Positions 24,504 through 38,402 of a stretch of 64,000 nt of DNA are shown here, piece by piece. Made by a program: the position numbers and the translations under genes. Position 1 is the stretch's first letter. Each line of letters opens with the position of its first letter. The stretch lies in contig JAMDHS010000003.1 of the NCBI GenBank assembly GCA_029717555.1, forward strand, positions 434,001-498,000. Direction: 5' to 3'. The stretch is from Peribolospora baueri (taxonomy: Eukaryota). Under the pieces are notes generated by a model. The model searched no databases, was not told the DNA's origin, and saw only the letters and a list, made by a program, of their open reading frames with translations.

Positions 24504-26492
24504 TTAACGCTTCCGACTTCTCTTTCCATCGGAGGCCCAGGCGTATCCGTCTGTCTGTTCAGCCTCCTGATCCGGAGCCGGACCGCTCTCCGGATCGGTC
24601 ATACCATCCTCGTCTTTGAACTCGGGCCTGCCAACAGCAGAACTGAGAGCTTCATAAGCGACGGCAAAGTCGCGCTTTGCAAAATTGTCGTTGGATCCCA
24701 GCGCCTCGTATATGCTGGAGGCCAAGGAGCCGAGTGGAGTCGGCACGCCTTCCAAACGAGCGGCGCGGAGAGCCAAAGAGAGATCTTTGGCCATAAGCCT
24801 GGGTACGGATAGGTGGATAAAGTGGCGATTCAGCAAGCCAAATTATTGCTCGCCTCGCCAGCTACGCGTGGTGATGAAGCTCACTTGGAAGCAAAGCCGC
24901 CTTCGTAACCACGGTCGGCGGGCGGGCTCTGCTGGCCCGCAAGAGCTCCAGGTACGGGGTTGTTGACCTCCGATGACCAGCAGCGACCAGTGCTGTGAAA
25001 GCCGGTAGAGAAGGCCAAATGGACAGGGAAAATGATATTGTGCATCCAAACTCAGTTCGTGGAGAGCAATGCAGACTGCATGCTCGGCCCGCCTTTGCTT
25101 CCAAAGCATGGAGGAAGATGCTCACGAGGTGTTGATGATGTCGGCCAACAATTTGGGCGGAAGGCCGTTCGAAACACCTAGCATCATCGCTTCAGAAACG
25201 CCGAGCCTTATTGAGAGCAAATAAAGTTCGGCTACTGTCAGTGTTTCTTAAGCCAGTTCCATGAGACTGCTCTTGGTTCATGACCCACATCGAAATGCCA
25301 AGTAACAAGTTGTTGGCAATCTGAAGGCGGTGAAGAGCGTCAATTAGGATAAAAGAGGTCTCGTGCGTTTGTCAAGGCGAAAACAGGAATGGAGCGCCCC
25401 GAAGTCCCTTAGAGAATCACCTTGGCTATAAGGCCGTTAGTGTTCTTCCCGCAATACACGCTTCGCTTGCCCATCGTGGCCAAAATCGGCTCTGCGCGCT
25501 TGAAGGCGGTCTCAGAGCCGCCGCACATGAACGACAGTGTCGCTGCCCGCGCACCGACAACGCCTAAGCATGGGAGAGGGAGACAGGACGCAAGTTAAGA
25601 CGGTGGGGAAACGCAAGGCGGAACCGAGAATCGGAAAACCTACACACCTCCGCTCACAGGGGCATCGATCATGTCCCCGCCAGCCTCTTGGACGGCAGTG
25701 GCTGCCTGTAAGAGAAGGTCGGAAGAGAGTAAGAGTCGGGACATTCAATGAGAGACTGAAGAAGGACAACGGACCTGCATTGCTACCACCGGGTCCAGCG
25801 TCGTGCTATCTATAGCCAAAAAATCTTCAGCGCCTGCGCCTTGAACACCAGCGAGGATGCCTTGTTCGCCCAGGTAGACCTCGTGTACGTGCGGCGACGA
25901 GGGTAGCATGGTGATAACGGTGGAGGAGAGGGCAGCAACCCTAGACGGCATTCCGTGGGGGGCAATAAAGGGAATATGGGTAAGCAGCCTGACGTCAAAG
26001 GCAGTTAGTAGCTAACGTAGAGGCGGCGTACCCTGCGGGCGACGTGGCGGTCACAACGTCCCGATTGGGGTTGAGGCTCGTTTGGGCGGTGAGAAAACGT
26101 GTGACCACCTTTAAAGCGTTGGCAAAGCCGAATCGTCCTCTGTCAGTATCAAGTACTGAAACGCACTCCCAACGTTGCTAGAAGAAGTCAAACTCACTAA
26201 CTGGTCGACGTCGTGGACGACGAATGCCACGTTCTTGTGTTTAGGGTTTGCGAACGTCTTCGAGACGAGATTGTGCGCCATTTCACGCCCCTGAGTCCAA
26301 ACAAGATAGCGACATAGGAGAGTACGAGTAAAGGCAACTCTAATGTAAGGAAGGCCAGGGTCGCGGGTGTGTGAATGCCGTCCGAGCCGGCAAGGCGCGA
26401 CGGACACTTACCATTGCGCCTAGACCAATGAACCCGATGGTGTCGCTGCGCTTCCTAAGGGCTTGCTGGAGCAAGCGAAATGATGAGCGCAT
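24504..26492 (-). CDS. 3-hydroxyisobutyrate dehydrogenase, mitochondrial (multi-exon)
   Basis: Presequence, IGFIGLGAMG, VITMLPSSPHV, IDSTTLD, MIDAPVSG, LSFMCGG, KIANNLLLGI, LMAKDL.LA. Confidence 0.92.
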
Positions 26493-26859
26493 TGTGTCGA
26501 GTCTCAGCGGTGACAAGTAAACAAGAAACCTGCTTCAGTCCTCGAGAGCGGAGACGTCCGGATTTGGAGGTGAGGCAGCGGGGGCTGGACCAGCCGGTGC
26601 GGGGGAGCGGGGAATCTACTCACGTGATGATGTGAGGAGGAGGTGCCGTGGCCCGTGCGCGGCCGTGTGAAATTTGTGGGTGGGGTTGTTGTGAGGGACT
26701 CCGCGGCACCTGAGCAACGACCACATGCACTTAACTCACTCGCCTTGTGTAGGCCCGCGCATGCGGCTGAGGTGCATCGCAATGTGCGTAGAGGCTCGTC
26801 ACTTGACCGAAAGGGGCCCACCCCGGACGCTGTCTTTTGAATTCCCCCCTCGTTCCCTC

Positions 26860-26867
26860 TATAAATA
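26860..26867 (+). promoter_or_regulatory. Probable TATA box of the P450 gene
   Basis: TATAAATA about 130 nt upstream of ATG 26994. Confidence 0.5.
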
Positions 26868-26993
26868 CGGGGTCAATAACCACCCGCCAACCATATTCGA
26901 GCCTGTCGATCTGCTCGTCTCCAATTCTCAAAGTTGCAGTCTTCGACAAATCGCTTCCATCTCTGCTTACCTTCTTGTTCCAGTCCCCTCAGC

Positions 26994-29900
26994 ATGTCTA
27001 GCACCTCTGCCTCTCGCGTCCTCTCAGCCCTGCCCGCCTCCTCTGCCACCCTCTATATTACCGCCCTCCTCCTCCTCGTAGCCCCGCTTCTCCGCCTCCT
27101 CTACCTGATCTTTCTCCGCCCACACCTTAGCCCACTCAGAAAGGTTAACGGTCCTCCGCGGAAGAACCTCATATTTGGAGCGAAGGACGCCGCTAGTCTT
27201 GAAAATAGGTACGCCGCGTTGAGGGAGTGGAGGAAACTGTACGGCCATGTTTACGCCACCCCTGGGTTGTTTGGAGTGAGTCGGCGGCGAGGAAAAGCGG
27301 CGCGTAACGTCTTTTTCTTTGCATTGTTGCCGTGAAAACTCATCAATCCTGCTCTGCTGCCGAACACTTTGACACTCCTGCATACTCCCTTTCCCATCCG
27401 CGTTGTCATCTGATCCCCACCCCTACTCCTCCCTTTCTCTCGGTCGGCCACTTTCATATAGGCCAATGTGTTGGTCATCGAGGATCACAAGGCACTTTCG
27501 CACATCTTCACGGCCCGCCCGTACGCATACGGCATGTCTGACGTCAGCAAGCGTTTTCTAGGCATGTCTTTTGGGGACGGCGTCCTCACGGCTTCAGGTA
27601 AGTTGGCAAGCGGGTCACGTTCAGAATGGAATGCCCTCGTTGTATTTCCCCACGTCATCGCGGACGGTCGGTGGAGTGTGTATGTCTCGAAGCAAGATAA
27701 GGAAAGCGAAACACCTGTCGTAACTCCATCCTCAGGTCATCAGCACAAGGTCCAACGCCGGGTCCTATCACCGGCTTTTTCTCAGGCGCGCGTCAACGAG
27801 CTCGTTCCCGCCTTCCGACTCTGCGCGCTCGAGGTGCGTTATTCCAGTAGCCGGCCTGACCTGGTCGACACCCTTTCACTGATTGACCGCCAATGTCATG
27901 TTGATGCTTCTTCTTATTCATGTGCTGTGAAGCTCAATGACAAATGGTCCGAGATGTTGGAAAAGTCAGGGACAGAGAAGATCGAAGTCAATGCTCATCA
28001 GTGGTTGAGCAGGGTTACCTGTGGGTCGACTTCAGCGGCTTCCCTTTGTGCTGTTGCTGGAGAGAGAACGCTTGTCGTGAAGGCTTCTACGCTGATAACG
28101 CTCGGAATTCACAACTGGCCATTTCTCTTTCTGGCCATTTTGTTCTTGGGGACTCGTTCTCTTTCCAGTTGACGTCATAGGTCTCGGCGGCTTCGGTCAT
28201 TCATTTCACACAGTCTCTGAACCCGCCGACCTGCCCACTTCAACTCTCGCTTCAGCCTTCCGAACGGTTTTTGCCCTTATGCACGGAAAGCGCATAATGT
28301 GGCTTCAGGCTGTCATTCCCATCCTGGGTTGGCTCCCTTCAAAGTGGGGAGCCATGGTGCGCGAAAGCAAGAAAGTGGTGTATGTCGCTATTAGGGAGAT
28401 GGTCAGGAGTCGTAAGGAGGCAGTCGTTCTGGAGAAGGGAAATGTCAACATCAAAAAGGGTGACATCGATGGAAAGGACGTCCTGAGCTCGCTAGGTGGG
28501 TTGCTGTTGCGCCATTCTGTCAGCCACTTGGGCAAATCTGGTCTTGTTGCTTCCTAAGTTGACATTCCCATCGGTCTCTTCATCATTTTCTCACAGTTAA
28601 GGCCAATATGGCAGAGGATCTCAAGCCTGGGGAGCGCCTCTCGGATGAGGAAGTGAAGGATAATACCACTCTGCTGATGGCTGCCGGTAAGTGAAGGGGA
28701 GAAGTGCCATCTGTGCCTCTAGCTCTTCTTGCACTAGACGAGCGCTCGGTCATTAGGTGTGCGACGATACCTCAAACTGGGATTCTTACATTCCAATTTT
28801 GCATGTTGCTTATTCCTGCTTAAGGCCACGAGACAACATGTGAGCTCCCGTTTAGGCGAATTTTATCCCTGCGTTTTGTGGTGACGTGCTGATTCTCGCT
28901 TTCCACCGAAACTCCTATCTTCATTGTCCCTCTCTTTCGTCTCCTAGCCAATGCCCTTTCCTTCTGCTTGTGGCAACTCGCGATGGATGAAGAAATGCAG
29001 GACAAGCTCCGCGCTGAGCTACGTTCTTCGCCTTCGCTCGATGCACGCGTTCCGGCCGGGGAGTGCACCGCCGAGAGCTTGGCCAACTTGACATATTTGG
29101 ATGGCGTTGTCAAAGAGACGTAAGTCGGGTCCCCCACATGACAGGCGTGTTCGGAACTTCCGGGGCCGCACTGGAACTTGTCTAACTGTCTGGTGACCTC
29201 TTGCCCATGTGATATTGTACCATACATCGTCTTCCCTTTTCTCCACGCAGTCTGCGCCTCCACCCAGCTGGCCCTACGATTCAGCGAGAGGCCTACGAAC
29301 ACGATGTTCTCCCGCTCTCTAAGCCCATATGCCTTGTCGATGGATGCTCAGTGGACAGGCTGCACATATCCAAGGGTGATGAGATTATTGTGCCCGTGTG
29401 CGAGGTATGTTTTCTATCGTCTGTCCTGGACCTCTAGGTTAGGCCTGTCGGCCAAGTGAGATCCTCACCCACCCCTCTTTTATCCCTACAACTACATCTT
29501 TTTTGTTTTGGCTATTTTTCGGGCAGATAAACAGAGCGACAGACATATGGGGCCAAGATGCAGAGGAATTCAAACCGCTTCGCTGGGCTCCAGATCAGCA
29601 GTTGCCAGACAGGGCAAAAATGCTTGACGGGTGGAATCACCTCAGCACCTTCGGTCATGGAGTCAAGGCCTGTCTTGGCATGAAATTTGCAGCTCTCGAG
29701 TGAGTTTTATACTTTGTACTCTGACCTAGCTCCCTCGGCTGTACCTTTCTATGGTAATTCACCCAAAGGGCTGGTGCCACATCCTTCTCTCGAGACTCAA
29801 AGTTGTCATTGCCACGATCATCCACGACTTCAAAGTCACCCCCACTTCGCGGACCAAAGACGTGGAAAGGAGGGTCAAGTGGGTGTCGCTCGTTTCATTT

Positions 29901-30089
29901 TCATCACTGTGTGGCCGTTTCACTCCCCCTCCCCCTTCTCCCGCCGTCCATCTGCCTTCTGTCAAGGCTTGAATTGACATAGACGATATATCTGCCTGTC
30001 CCTGACTGCACAGACTTGTCACCAAGCCTTATCTGAAAGGAGATGATAGTGGCCCTCAAATGCCTGTTTTCATCTCGCGGGCGCTGTAA
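26994..30089 (+). CDS. Cytochrome P450 monooxygenase (multi-exon)
   Basis: N-terminal transmembrane anchor, I-helix AAGHETT, KETLR (ExxR), FKPLRW, and heme motif FGHGVKACLG. The exons I checked join in frame. Confidence 0.93.
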
Positions 30090-30600
30090 CTGACTCCAGT
30101 ATCATCCAAGCTTCATTTCGGTCGACCCTCCTCGGTATTCCCTCGAGATTCTTGTCGCTTTGCCTCTCGTGCGGAAGCGAAATTCGTCGGTAAACTTGTT
30201 GTGCCATCTCTGGCTCTCTCGCGATCTGATGCTCCCAGCTCTCTTGAAACCCGCCAAATGTGGCCGATGAATGTACATCTTCAAAGTTGGCTCATGAACA
30301 CAGACAGTGCGTATGCGAAAGGACGGGAAGGGAGGAAGGAGGCGCCAAGAGCCAAAAGTAGGTAAAGACAGGAAAGGCGCATCGCTGAGATAGACGAGAA
30401 CCGACACGTAAGTGTCATGAGATGGAGCATGGGCGGAAACTCGATTGCTTGACGAGACAAGAGCTAACAAAAGATGCACGCTAGGACAAAAAAACTAGAT
30501 ACTTCTGAACAGCTTAAAGGGAAAAAAAAACCCACGGAGAGAACTAGATGACGTACGGGGGGAACATTACGTGACCTCGGTGTGCGAATGCGTCCTGACG

Positions 30601-33600
30601 TCACATCCTAGCCAACACCCCGCGCAGCTCGTCCATTTTCGCGCCCAACCCTGCCTCTCTGAGATCCCTCCTCTCCCTAAGAGCCTTTTCCACCGCCTCG
30701 CGCCCCAAACCGATTACCTTAGGATAGTACGTGGCGATCGAGCTGTCCGTGCCGTCCAAAACGCGGAGAGCCTCGTCGAGCCAGCGGACGTGCTTGTCTG
30801 CTGTCGCGGGCGAAGCGGTGGCTAGGGTGCTGATTAGGCGGTGGACGAGGGTGAGGCTGAGCGCAGAGCATGCAAGTACCCGCAGAAAGATTAATGATTA
30901 ATCAGCGTGCCCCTTACCCAACTGCGCTCTATCTCCAGTCGAAGATTGATAAACTACAGTAGAGGCGAAACTCACAGAACAGCTTGACTAAGTTGAGGCC
31001 TTCCTCCGAAACGGAAAATCGCGCCCGGGCCTCCGTGGTAAGTCGCAATACTATCCAAAAGGCCGTCGACCTGAGCGGGATCGTCAGCGGATAGGACCTT
31101 GAGGAAAATATCCTCCCAGTCTTGCTGGGCCGGTGCCCGGCTCTGCTGCTGTGGTAGTGATTGCGGATCAGTGGGCGCCTGCGGGGCCTGAGGGAATTGA
31201 GACACGTTCCGGTGGTGTTCCTGTCGCTGAGCGCGGGGGGGCTGAGAAAAACCAAGAACATCTGTGGGCGTTGGAGGAACACTTGGCTGTTGCAGCGGCC
31301 ACTGCCCCGACAGTTGGGTCGGGTAGGCAGCTGTGGCGCCGACTACGAAGGCAGAGGTTGTCGCTGCCGGCGGCAGTGGCGAGAGACGCGCTTGTGGAAG
31401 AGCACCAGTGAGAGCTGTCGGAGCGTAGAAGCCACCCAACGGGTGCGAGGGGGTAGCGGAGGTAGGCAGTTGCCCCAAAGAAGTCTGGGCATGTCCTGCT
31501 TGGTGGTGCTGGGGCTGGGGTTGCGGGGGTTGATGTTGAGGCAGAGCCGCGGTAGACGAAATACTACCTCTACGTTCACTCAAAGTGCGGAGTGCCTGGC
31601 CATGCTGCTCGTTGTTCCTGGTCAGCACCTTCATCTGTTCCTGCAAGCCTCTCATGGCCTCAGCAGTCGACTCAATGGCAGTTTGAGCTTCCTTGAGCGC
31701 CTCGCTTTGCTCGGCAACAATTGTCTTCCTCACGCCTGTAATCTCCGCGTGCACTTCTTTGAGAAGCATGTGCAGCATGTGGTCCGTCGCGTTGGAATAG
31801 GCCGGGATGAGAGTGGTGGAGATGGACTGCTTGATCTGCCGTTCGAAGAGCGGGATTACGCCGTTCTGGATGCCGCGGACAAGGTGTGAGGACACGTCGG
31901 GTCGAAGAAGCAGCTTTTGAAGCTCATTAGGCAAGACCTGACAACCAGTAAGGGATCGACAGCAAGTTAAGCCACACTTTCCTATTTTTTTCGATTAATG
32001 AACTTCGTCGGACCACTCGTCGGGCTCACCCCTCTCATTGCCTCGTCCAACCCCCTCGCAAGCTGCTGCCCCACTGCCTCCCTAACCAGATTATGGACGG
32101 CAGGTAGAACTGAAGCCTGGATCTCCTTGCGCACGATTGACTCCAGCACGCGCGTGGTGTTCTTCGTCAGCTCGTTCGAAATGAGCCGGAGCAGAGTCTC
32201 TTGCCGGGCTACCTCAGCAGCTTGGGACGCTAAGCGCTCTTCCTCCATGCGGGCGGCTGCACGCGGGCGTGTCGGAGAGAAGGCGAAAATGCGGATCAAC
32301 ATGGAGGCTTTAACTGGAATACATTCAAATCCGCTGACAACTCACCTATCTTCCCCATCTCCGTCGACAATAGCCTTTCCATTCGACCAACCAGTACCCC
32401 TTCGATCCTCGTAAGCTGCTGAGCGCTGAATTCATCGCCGGCCCCCTCCGTCTTTGCTCCCGTATCTTTCTCTTTCTCCTTTTCCTTCTCCTTCCCACTC
32501 TGTCGCCCTTTGCCCTTCCCACCTCTCTGGGTAGCAGTCGTCGTAACCACAGCCGCGGGCCCCTCATCCACCTTATCTGCGTTGTCGCTGGTTGAGACGA
32601 GGGTGCCGCGACCAGCACCCCAGACGGACGCCCCACCGTTCGTTTGGCCCTGCTGGACATCTGCGGCATCTTTTGCGTTGGCAGCCTTGTTAGCAGCCTT
32701 TTTGAGGTTCCGAATCGCGCCGTTCACTACCGGTCCAGCGAGCTTAAAGTCCGCATCGGATACATTCAATCCGGTCGCAGAAGTCGAAGGCGTGGGGGGC
32801 TGTATGGACGTGGCGACGGGGGCAGACGCCGTGGTAGTGGTCGTCGGAGCTGCCGCCGAGGATTTGACGTCACCGGTCGAATGGGTCACAGACGCGGCCG
32901 TTGACATCACCGCCGGGACTTCGTCGACTTCTACAGCCAAATGAGCTGTCTGTGCTACCACTTCAGCTTCCTCAGTCCTCTTCTCCTCCGCCGCTGGCTC
33001 TTCCTTCCCGTGACCCCATCCGAGCGCCTCGGCAGGCAGGCGAAGCCGATGGATGCCACCAGGGTGCACGGCAAAGACGTCCAAGCCTCGGGACTGAGAC
33101 GTCGCCACGCTCCCTCCTTCGCCAGCCGCGGCTAGTTTCGCTGTTCCAGTAAACGAGGAGGAAGGGAAGCTAGAAACAACGTAGTTGATCGTAGGTTCGG
33201 GGAGAGCAAACTCCCTCGTGGAGAGGATATCGAGCTCGAGCTGCAGGGTTTTCTTCTGCTTTCCCAAACCCCCGCGCAGGTACACTCGGCCCTCCGAGTC
33301 CTTGAAGAGCTCGCGCTGGAGGAGAGTAGCGTCGTCGATCGTTGACAGGTCCCTGTCCGCATCTTCGACTTTATCCTCGGTAGTCCCGTTCTTGATCCCT
33401 TGCTCGTCAATTTGCTCCATGCCGACGGCACGCGCGCCGAGTTGGAAAGCGAACATGGAAGCACGCAGCGAGTGGCTCAGGAGTAGCGTCCCGGAAGGCT
33501 CGTGGAAAATGGGGTGGACGATAGGGGGCGGCTCAACCGGGCCGTGCTCGAACTCCCACACCGCGATGGCCTCTCCGCCGACCGGCTCCACGAATGCCAG

Positions 33601-36191
33601 ACGCGAGTTTCCATTGGAGCCGATGACGAGGTGGGTGGGCCTGCCAGGGCCTTCTCGGCGTCTGAGCCCCAGCTCGTCCGAGAGACGCCTGTCGCTGACG
33701 AACGAGATACTGCTTGCAGGCTCCTTATCCGCGTAGTCTGCATCCGGCTTTAGCACACGAATGTCCTCGCTGCTAACATCCGCCCTGCAGAGGACGACAG
33801 TGTGGTCTACGCTGAGCGAAGCGAGGGTGGTGCCATCGGGAGAGACGGCAAAGTCGACGAGTGGGGAAGCGACATGGAAGTTGGGGGAGACATTTCGGGC
33901 CAATTCCTCGGATAGAGGCTCTTGGCGGGACACCTCGTTGACGTTGAGGGAGATGATGGTGGAGTCATTGACTGAGACGAGGAGATGAGGTTCGAGCTCA
34001 TTGCGGACGCGCCGCAAGGTCCACTTGAGACGAGTGAAGCGCGGTATGTCGGGATTTTCGGAGGGCTCTCCAACTAGCTCGAAGAGAACATCGCACCTTT
34101 CGTTCAGAAGACAATCGCACGCAACAAACAAATGAGTATGCCAGAACATACAACCGTAGCGGCAGGTTCGCACGTGAGGAGTAAAGCTCACCTAGGCCCA
34201 TCGCCCGCGAATGCCCTCGGCACGCTCCAAACAACCACCATGCCATTATGGGTGGCGACGGCCAACAGCACATGCACGCCATCCGGGTGCTCCAACACGG
34301 TCAGATCGACGATGCCCGAACCTCCCGGCGCCTTGAGCAGAGCGCGATGTCCGTTGTTCTGATCGATAAGCCTCAGCCTGCCTTTGCTCAAACAGTACAC
34401 CACCAGACCCAGTCCAGTCTCGTTTTCGTCTGCGCAGGTCGAATCGCCCATCCCCTTCCACACGACCGGAGTGAGCGCCGAAGAAACGCCGATCCAGCTC
34501 CGGCCATGGGTGTTGATGTATGGGGAAGGGAGAAGCGCGATGGGAGTACACTCTGGCTCTTCCGGGTGGAGCGTGTCGAGCAGCTTGCTCGGCTCCGTCA
34601 CCGGAACGGGGTTGGAAAGCAAGGGGGGCCGGCTTCCGGGAGCAGGAGAGGGGAAGGAAGATAGGTTTGACCTGGACACGTCGTTCACCGCGTGCATTGA
34701 TCGGTCAATGGCGCGGAGCGCGTTCCCTGCCACGCTCGTCACAGGCGGCGAGACGTTGCCAGGGGCAGCCACACTTGGTGGGACGGGGGAATCACGAGCT
34801 GGCGGAGGCGGGGGAGACATGGCGGTGACACCTCGGGCCGGTGGGGAGATGATCTTTTCCTGACCCTCGGATAAGTTGCTTATATTGCTGGCCGACCTCA
34901 AGTGACTGTGTGGTGCCTGAGCAGGACGATGAATGGCTTTCGTCTGGCCAGCGTTAACGCTACGTCCGAGCGGACTGGGCGAGGAGGGGCTCGCAGTTTT
35001 CGGCTGCTTCTTACGCATGAGGGGGGTCTGAGTCGGAGCAGGTCCTGGGGATGTAGAGGGAGAGCCGGTTCCTCGAGCAAGGATATCGAAGGGGCTGACA
35101 AAGTCAAACATAGTGGGCGTCGCGGTTGACCGGGAGGCCGGGGTGGGCTGTTCCGGAGGAGTGGGCCCCGTGCTGGTGAACGGTGACGTAGCATTGGACG
35201 GCTTGGTGGATGCCCTTTCTGGTGGCGAGACGACGCCAGGAGATTTCAGCCCAGGAGATCCTGCTTCGGAAGGTGACTGTGGAGAGGTGGGTAACGTAAC
35301 CGGCTCCACCACTACTCTCGCAGGCGCCGCTCCTTCCACAGGAGGATTGACTAGCTCAGGCTCAGAAGAGGGCGAATGGACGGTGGCGCGATGGACAGAT
35401 GGCACCTCCGATGGAGAGTTGGCCGGCTGCTGCGAAGAGGTGCCAGGCACCGAGCGGCTAGCCACCGAAAGGAAAAATAAGTCAAGCGTCAGTCAAGATG
35501 AAAACGGCAAATGCTTGCTTTCCACGAAGGCAAATACGCACCTACTCGCGGATGGCTGGGTCGATCCTGCAGCGCCGGCTATGAGCGACTCAAGCAGCGC
35601 CCTTCCAGGATTGAGGGCTGCCTCCGTGCTCGCGTCAGAATGTTGGGATGGAAGTGAACTTGCGGAAACGGGAGGGACCGAGGTAGACGAGACCGCACCC
35701 GTAGACGCAGGCGAGGAGAATCCTGCGGCAGACTGTGGGGCTCCGGCAGCGCCGGTAAGCATGGCGAGAAGGGGATTCATCTGGCCCTGCTGTGGCCCAC
35801 CCGACGGGGAAGAACCTTCCTGCGACCCGGAAGAGCCCAGACCACCTGCTACAGAGCCGCGATTGTCCGGGCTGCCCGGCTTTACGGTGCCAGAAGGCGT
35901 GACAGGCAATGGGATTTGGGCGGCCTGGACGACGCCTGGGGTCGCGACCTGCTCGCCATTGACTCCGCCGGGCGGGGCCAAAGTGGGAGAAGTGGAAAAC
36001 TGGCGAAAAAGGAGGTCGAGCGTCTGCGGTCGGGCCGAAGGGGACGAAGAAGATGGCGACAGAGAGGAAGAAGCGACGGGCTCGGAAGAAAATGAAGAAG
36101 CAGGTGGGGAGGTCGGGGCGCCCTGAGGAGGAGGGGCCTGTGGGGCGCTGAGGCCACCAGTCAAAAGAGCAAGAAGGTTAGGTGCTGACAT
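30601..36191 (-). CDS. EDC4/Pdc1/Ge-1-like mRNA decapping enhancer (multi-exon)
   Basis: Low-complexity N-terminus, WD40-like region (KGRLRLIDQNNG, LVDFAVSPDGTTLA), helical central region, and C-terminal LSQAVLLTLVHRL resembling the EDC4 C-terminal motif. Confidence 0.65.
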
Positions 36192-36610
36192 AAAGCGAAG
36201 GACTGAAGGCGCAACAGTAGAATGCGGGTAGGGAACAAATAACGAAAAGAAAAATGAAAAGACGGCGAGGGAGGGAGAGGAGGAAGTGAAGGAGACCAGC
36301 CAGCAAAGGCGACGAGGAGTTGAGTCTGTCGATCACTGCGTCTGTCTGTTTCATCGACGCGCCAACGCTCGATCACTCGAACTCGCATCCAACAACCCTA
36401 CTATATGCATTTCTCATGGCCCGCAGCAGGACTCCACGTGGTTCGGACCGAGATGGGGAGGACTGCGGCCGGCCGGGACCTTGGTTGGGGCCAGTCCGGT
36501 GCGGCGTAAGCACGGAGTAGAAACGGACGGCCCGGAAGAAACGTCTTCGAAGCGACCATCGGAAGGCAAGAGTCGTGATCTTTTTCTTCGCAACTTCATC
36601 GCCCGCCAAG

Positions 36611-38402
36611 ATGGCTCCTCTTCGTGTCTTGTTGCGAGCGGGAGCGGGCGTCGGCGCATATGTCTCGCAGGCAGCTGCCGTACGGTCGAGGTCTCTCCGA
36701 GGTGAGCACGCACAGACCTGCCTGATCAGATACACCAGGCGAGGCGACCGAGACGTTTGTTCTGGTCGTTGAACTCGCTCTACTTTTCTCTTATTCATTT
36801 ACTGTCCTTCTCATATACCTCCTTGCACAGGCTTTCATTCCAGCCTACCGGCTCGCGAGGTCTCCCAGTTCCTTATGCCTGCCATGTCGCCCACCATGAC
36901 CGAGGGAGGCATCGCGCAATGGAAGGTCAAGGAAGGCGACAGCTTCAGCGCCGGTGATGTGCTCCTCGAGATCGTGAGTTTTCGGCGGAACCAGGAACTT
37001 GGCTCAAGCAGGGACTGAGCTTGGCCAGTCGATGGATTGATCTCGTTGATCTCAACTGGAACTCTTTACGCGGATCAGGAAACGGATAAAGCTATGATGG
37101 ACGTGGAAGCTCAAGACGACGGCGTGATGGGCAAGATCGTCGTGAGCATCTGTCACCTTCTATCTACTTCCTTCACCTTCGCATCACCACCCCTTTCTTC
37201 CGACGACCCGCTGCTACGATGATCTTCATAACAATCCAACGCCGAGCTCTCTGTCGTATTTTCTCTCCTGTCCTCTCTTTGTCTCCCTGAGCGGCTTCGG
37301 CCCTTTGGTCGAGACGAGGATTGAGGAAAGAAGAGATCAAACGTCAGGATAACACTGTGGAAGCTTTCAGTCTCTGAGCCTTTCGTCGTTTCCGCCTTTC
37401 ATCGTGACTGTATCATCTTCGTGCTATTTTCGCTCACTTCTCTCATTGCTTGCATTACTCGACGATCGAAAGGCTGAAGCGGGGTCCAAGAACGTCCAAG
37501 TTGGACAGCTGATCGCTATGCTGGCCGAAGAGGGCGACGATCTCTCCTCCATTAAGGTCCCCGAGAAGTCCTCGTCCAGCTCTGCCAGTGCTCCTTCCTC
37601 GACGCCTTCCCCACAGCCCCCATCCTCGCCATCCTCCGACCCATCTACCAAACCTTCGAGCGCGACCTCCGCTACTCCCACTCCTACAGGCTCCTCCGCA
37701 CCCTCGCACGCGCTCCCAAAATTCCACCTCCCTTTCTTCCCCTCCGTCCAGCGGCTCCTACTCGAGAACCACGTGGACGAGCAGAAGCTAAGGAGCATCA
37801 AAGGGACCGGGAAAAGGGGCATGATCACCAAAGGCGACTTGCTCGCTGCGCTTGGGTTGGCTAGCGGACCCAATGGTACTTTCAAAGAGGCACAGAAGGA
37901 GAAGCCGCTAGGAGCAGCACCTGCGGCACCAAAGAAGGCAGAGGTGAGCTGGAGTCTCCTGACGGTTCTGTAGTCCGCACATTCTACGTCTTGTGCCATC
38001 CTCGTCTGTTAGGTTTACTCAATTGCCTTTTTGGCCCCTCTTTCTGGTCGTGCCTGCTTCCCAAATCCCCCCGTTGCCTTTCTCGACTCGATTAATCTCA
38101 CAATTGTATGCGCTCACTGTCCATTCACCGAACCGCAGCCTCTCACTCCCGAATCCCTCCGCCACCTGATCCTTTCCGGCCTGTCCTCTGCTGCTTCCCT
38201 CAACGCCGGCACGGGCACTGCCTCCTCCATCTTTGCTGCCTCCTCATCCAGCGGCGTAGTCGATTTCAACGCTGTCGTCGCCGACTATGACGTGTTGAGG
38301 CCTCTGCCCTCATTTGAGCGAAAGCTGCAAGTCGAGGAGGTGGTAGTGAGCGGTGCAGGCCTTGACGCGAAGAAGAAAGATCCTTTTGCGGGACTGTATT
38401 AG
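36611..38402 (+). CDS. PDX1: Pyruvate dehydrogenase protein X-like, short form (lipoyl + E3-binding domain)
   Basis: [48 protein letters not shown], and peripheral subunit-binding-like FPSVQRLL...[16 protein letters not shown]. Confidence 0.85.
37210..37380 (+). ncRNA. Intronic C/D box snoRNA candidate targeting the LSU rRNA A-loop region
   Basis: C-like box ACGATGA at 37216-37222. Guide AACAATCCAACGC (37230-37242) is antisense to rRNA GCGUUGGAUUGUU. D' CCGA at 37242-37245. D boxes CTGA at 37287 and about 37374. Terminal stem GCTGC/GCGGC. Confidence 0.62.

Noticed and set aside
24504..30089. Secondary-metabolite cluster around the P450
   Set aside because: No backbone enzyme, transporter or regulator nearby. 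The neighbours are housekeeping genes.
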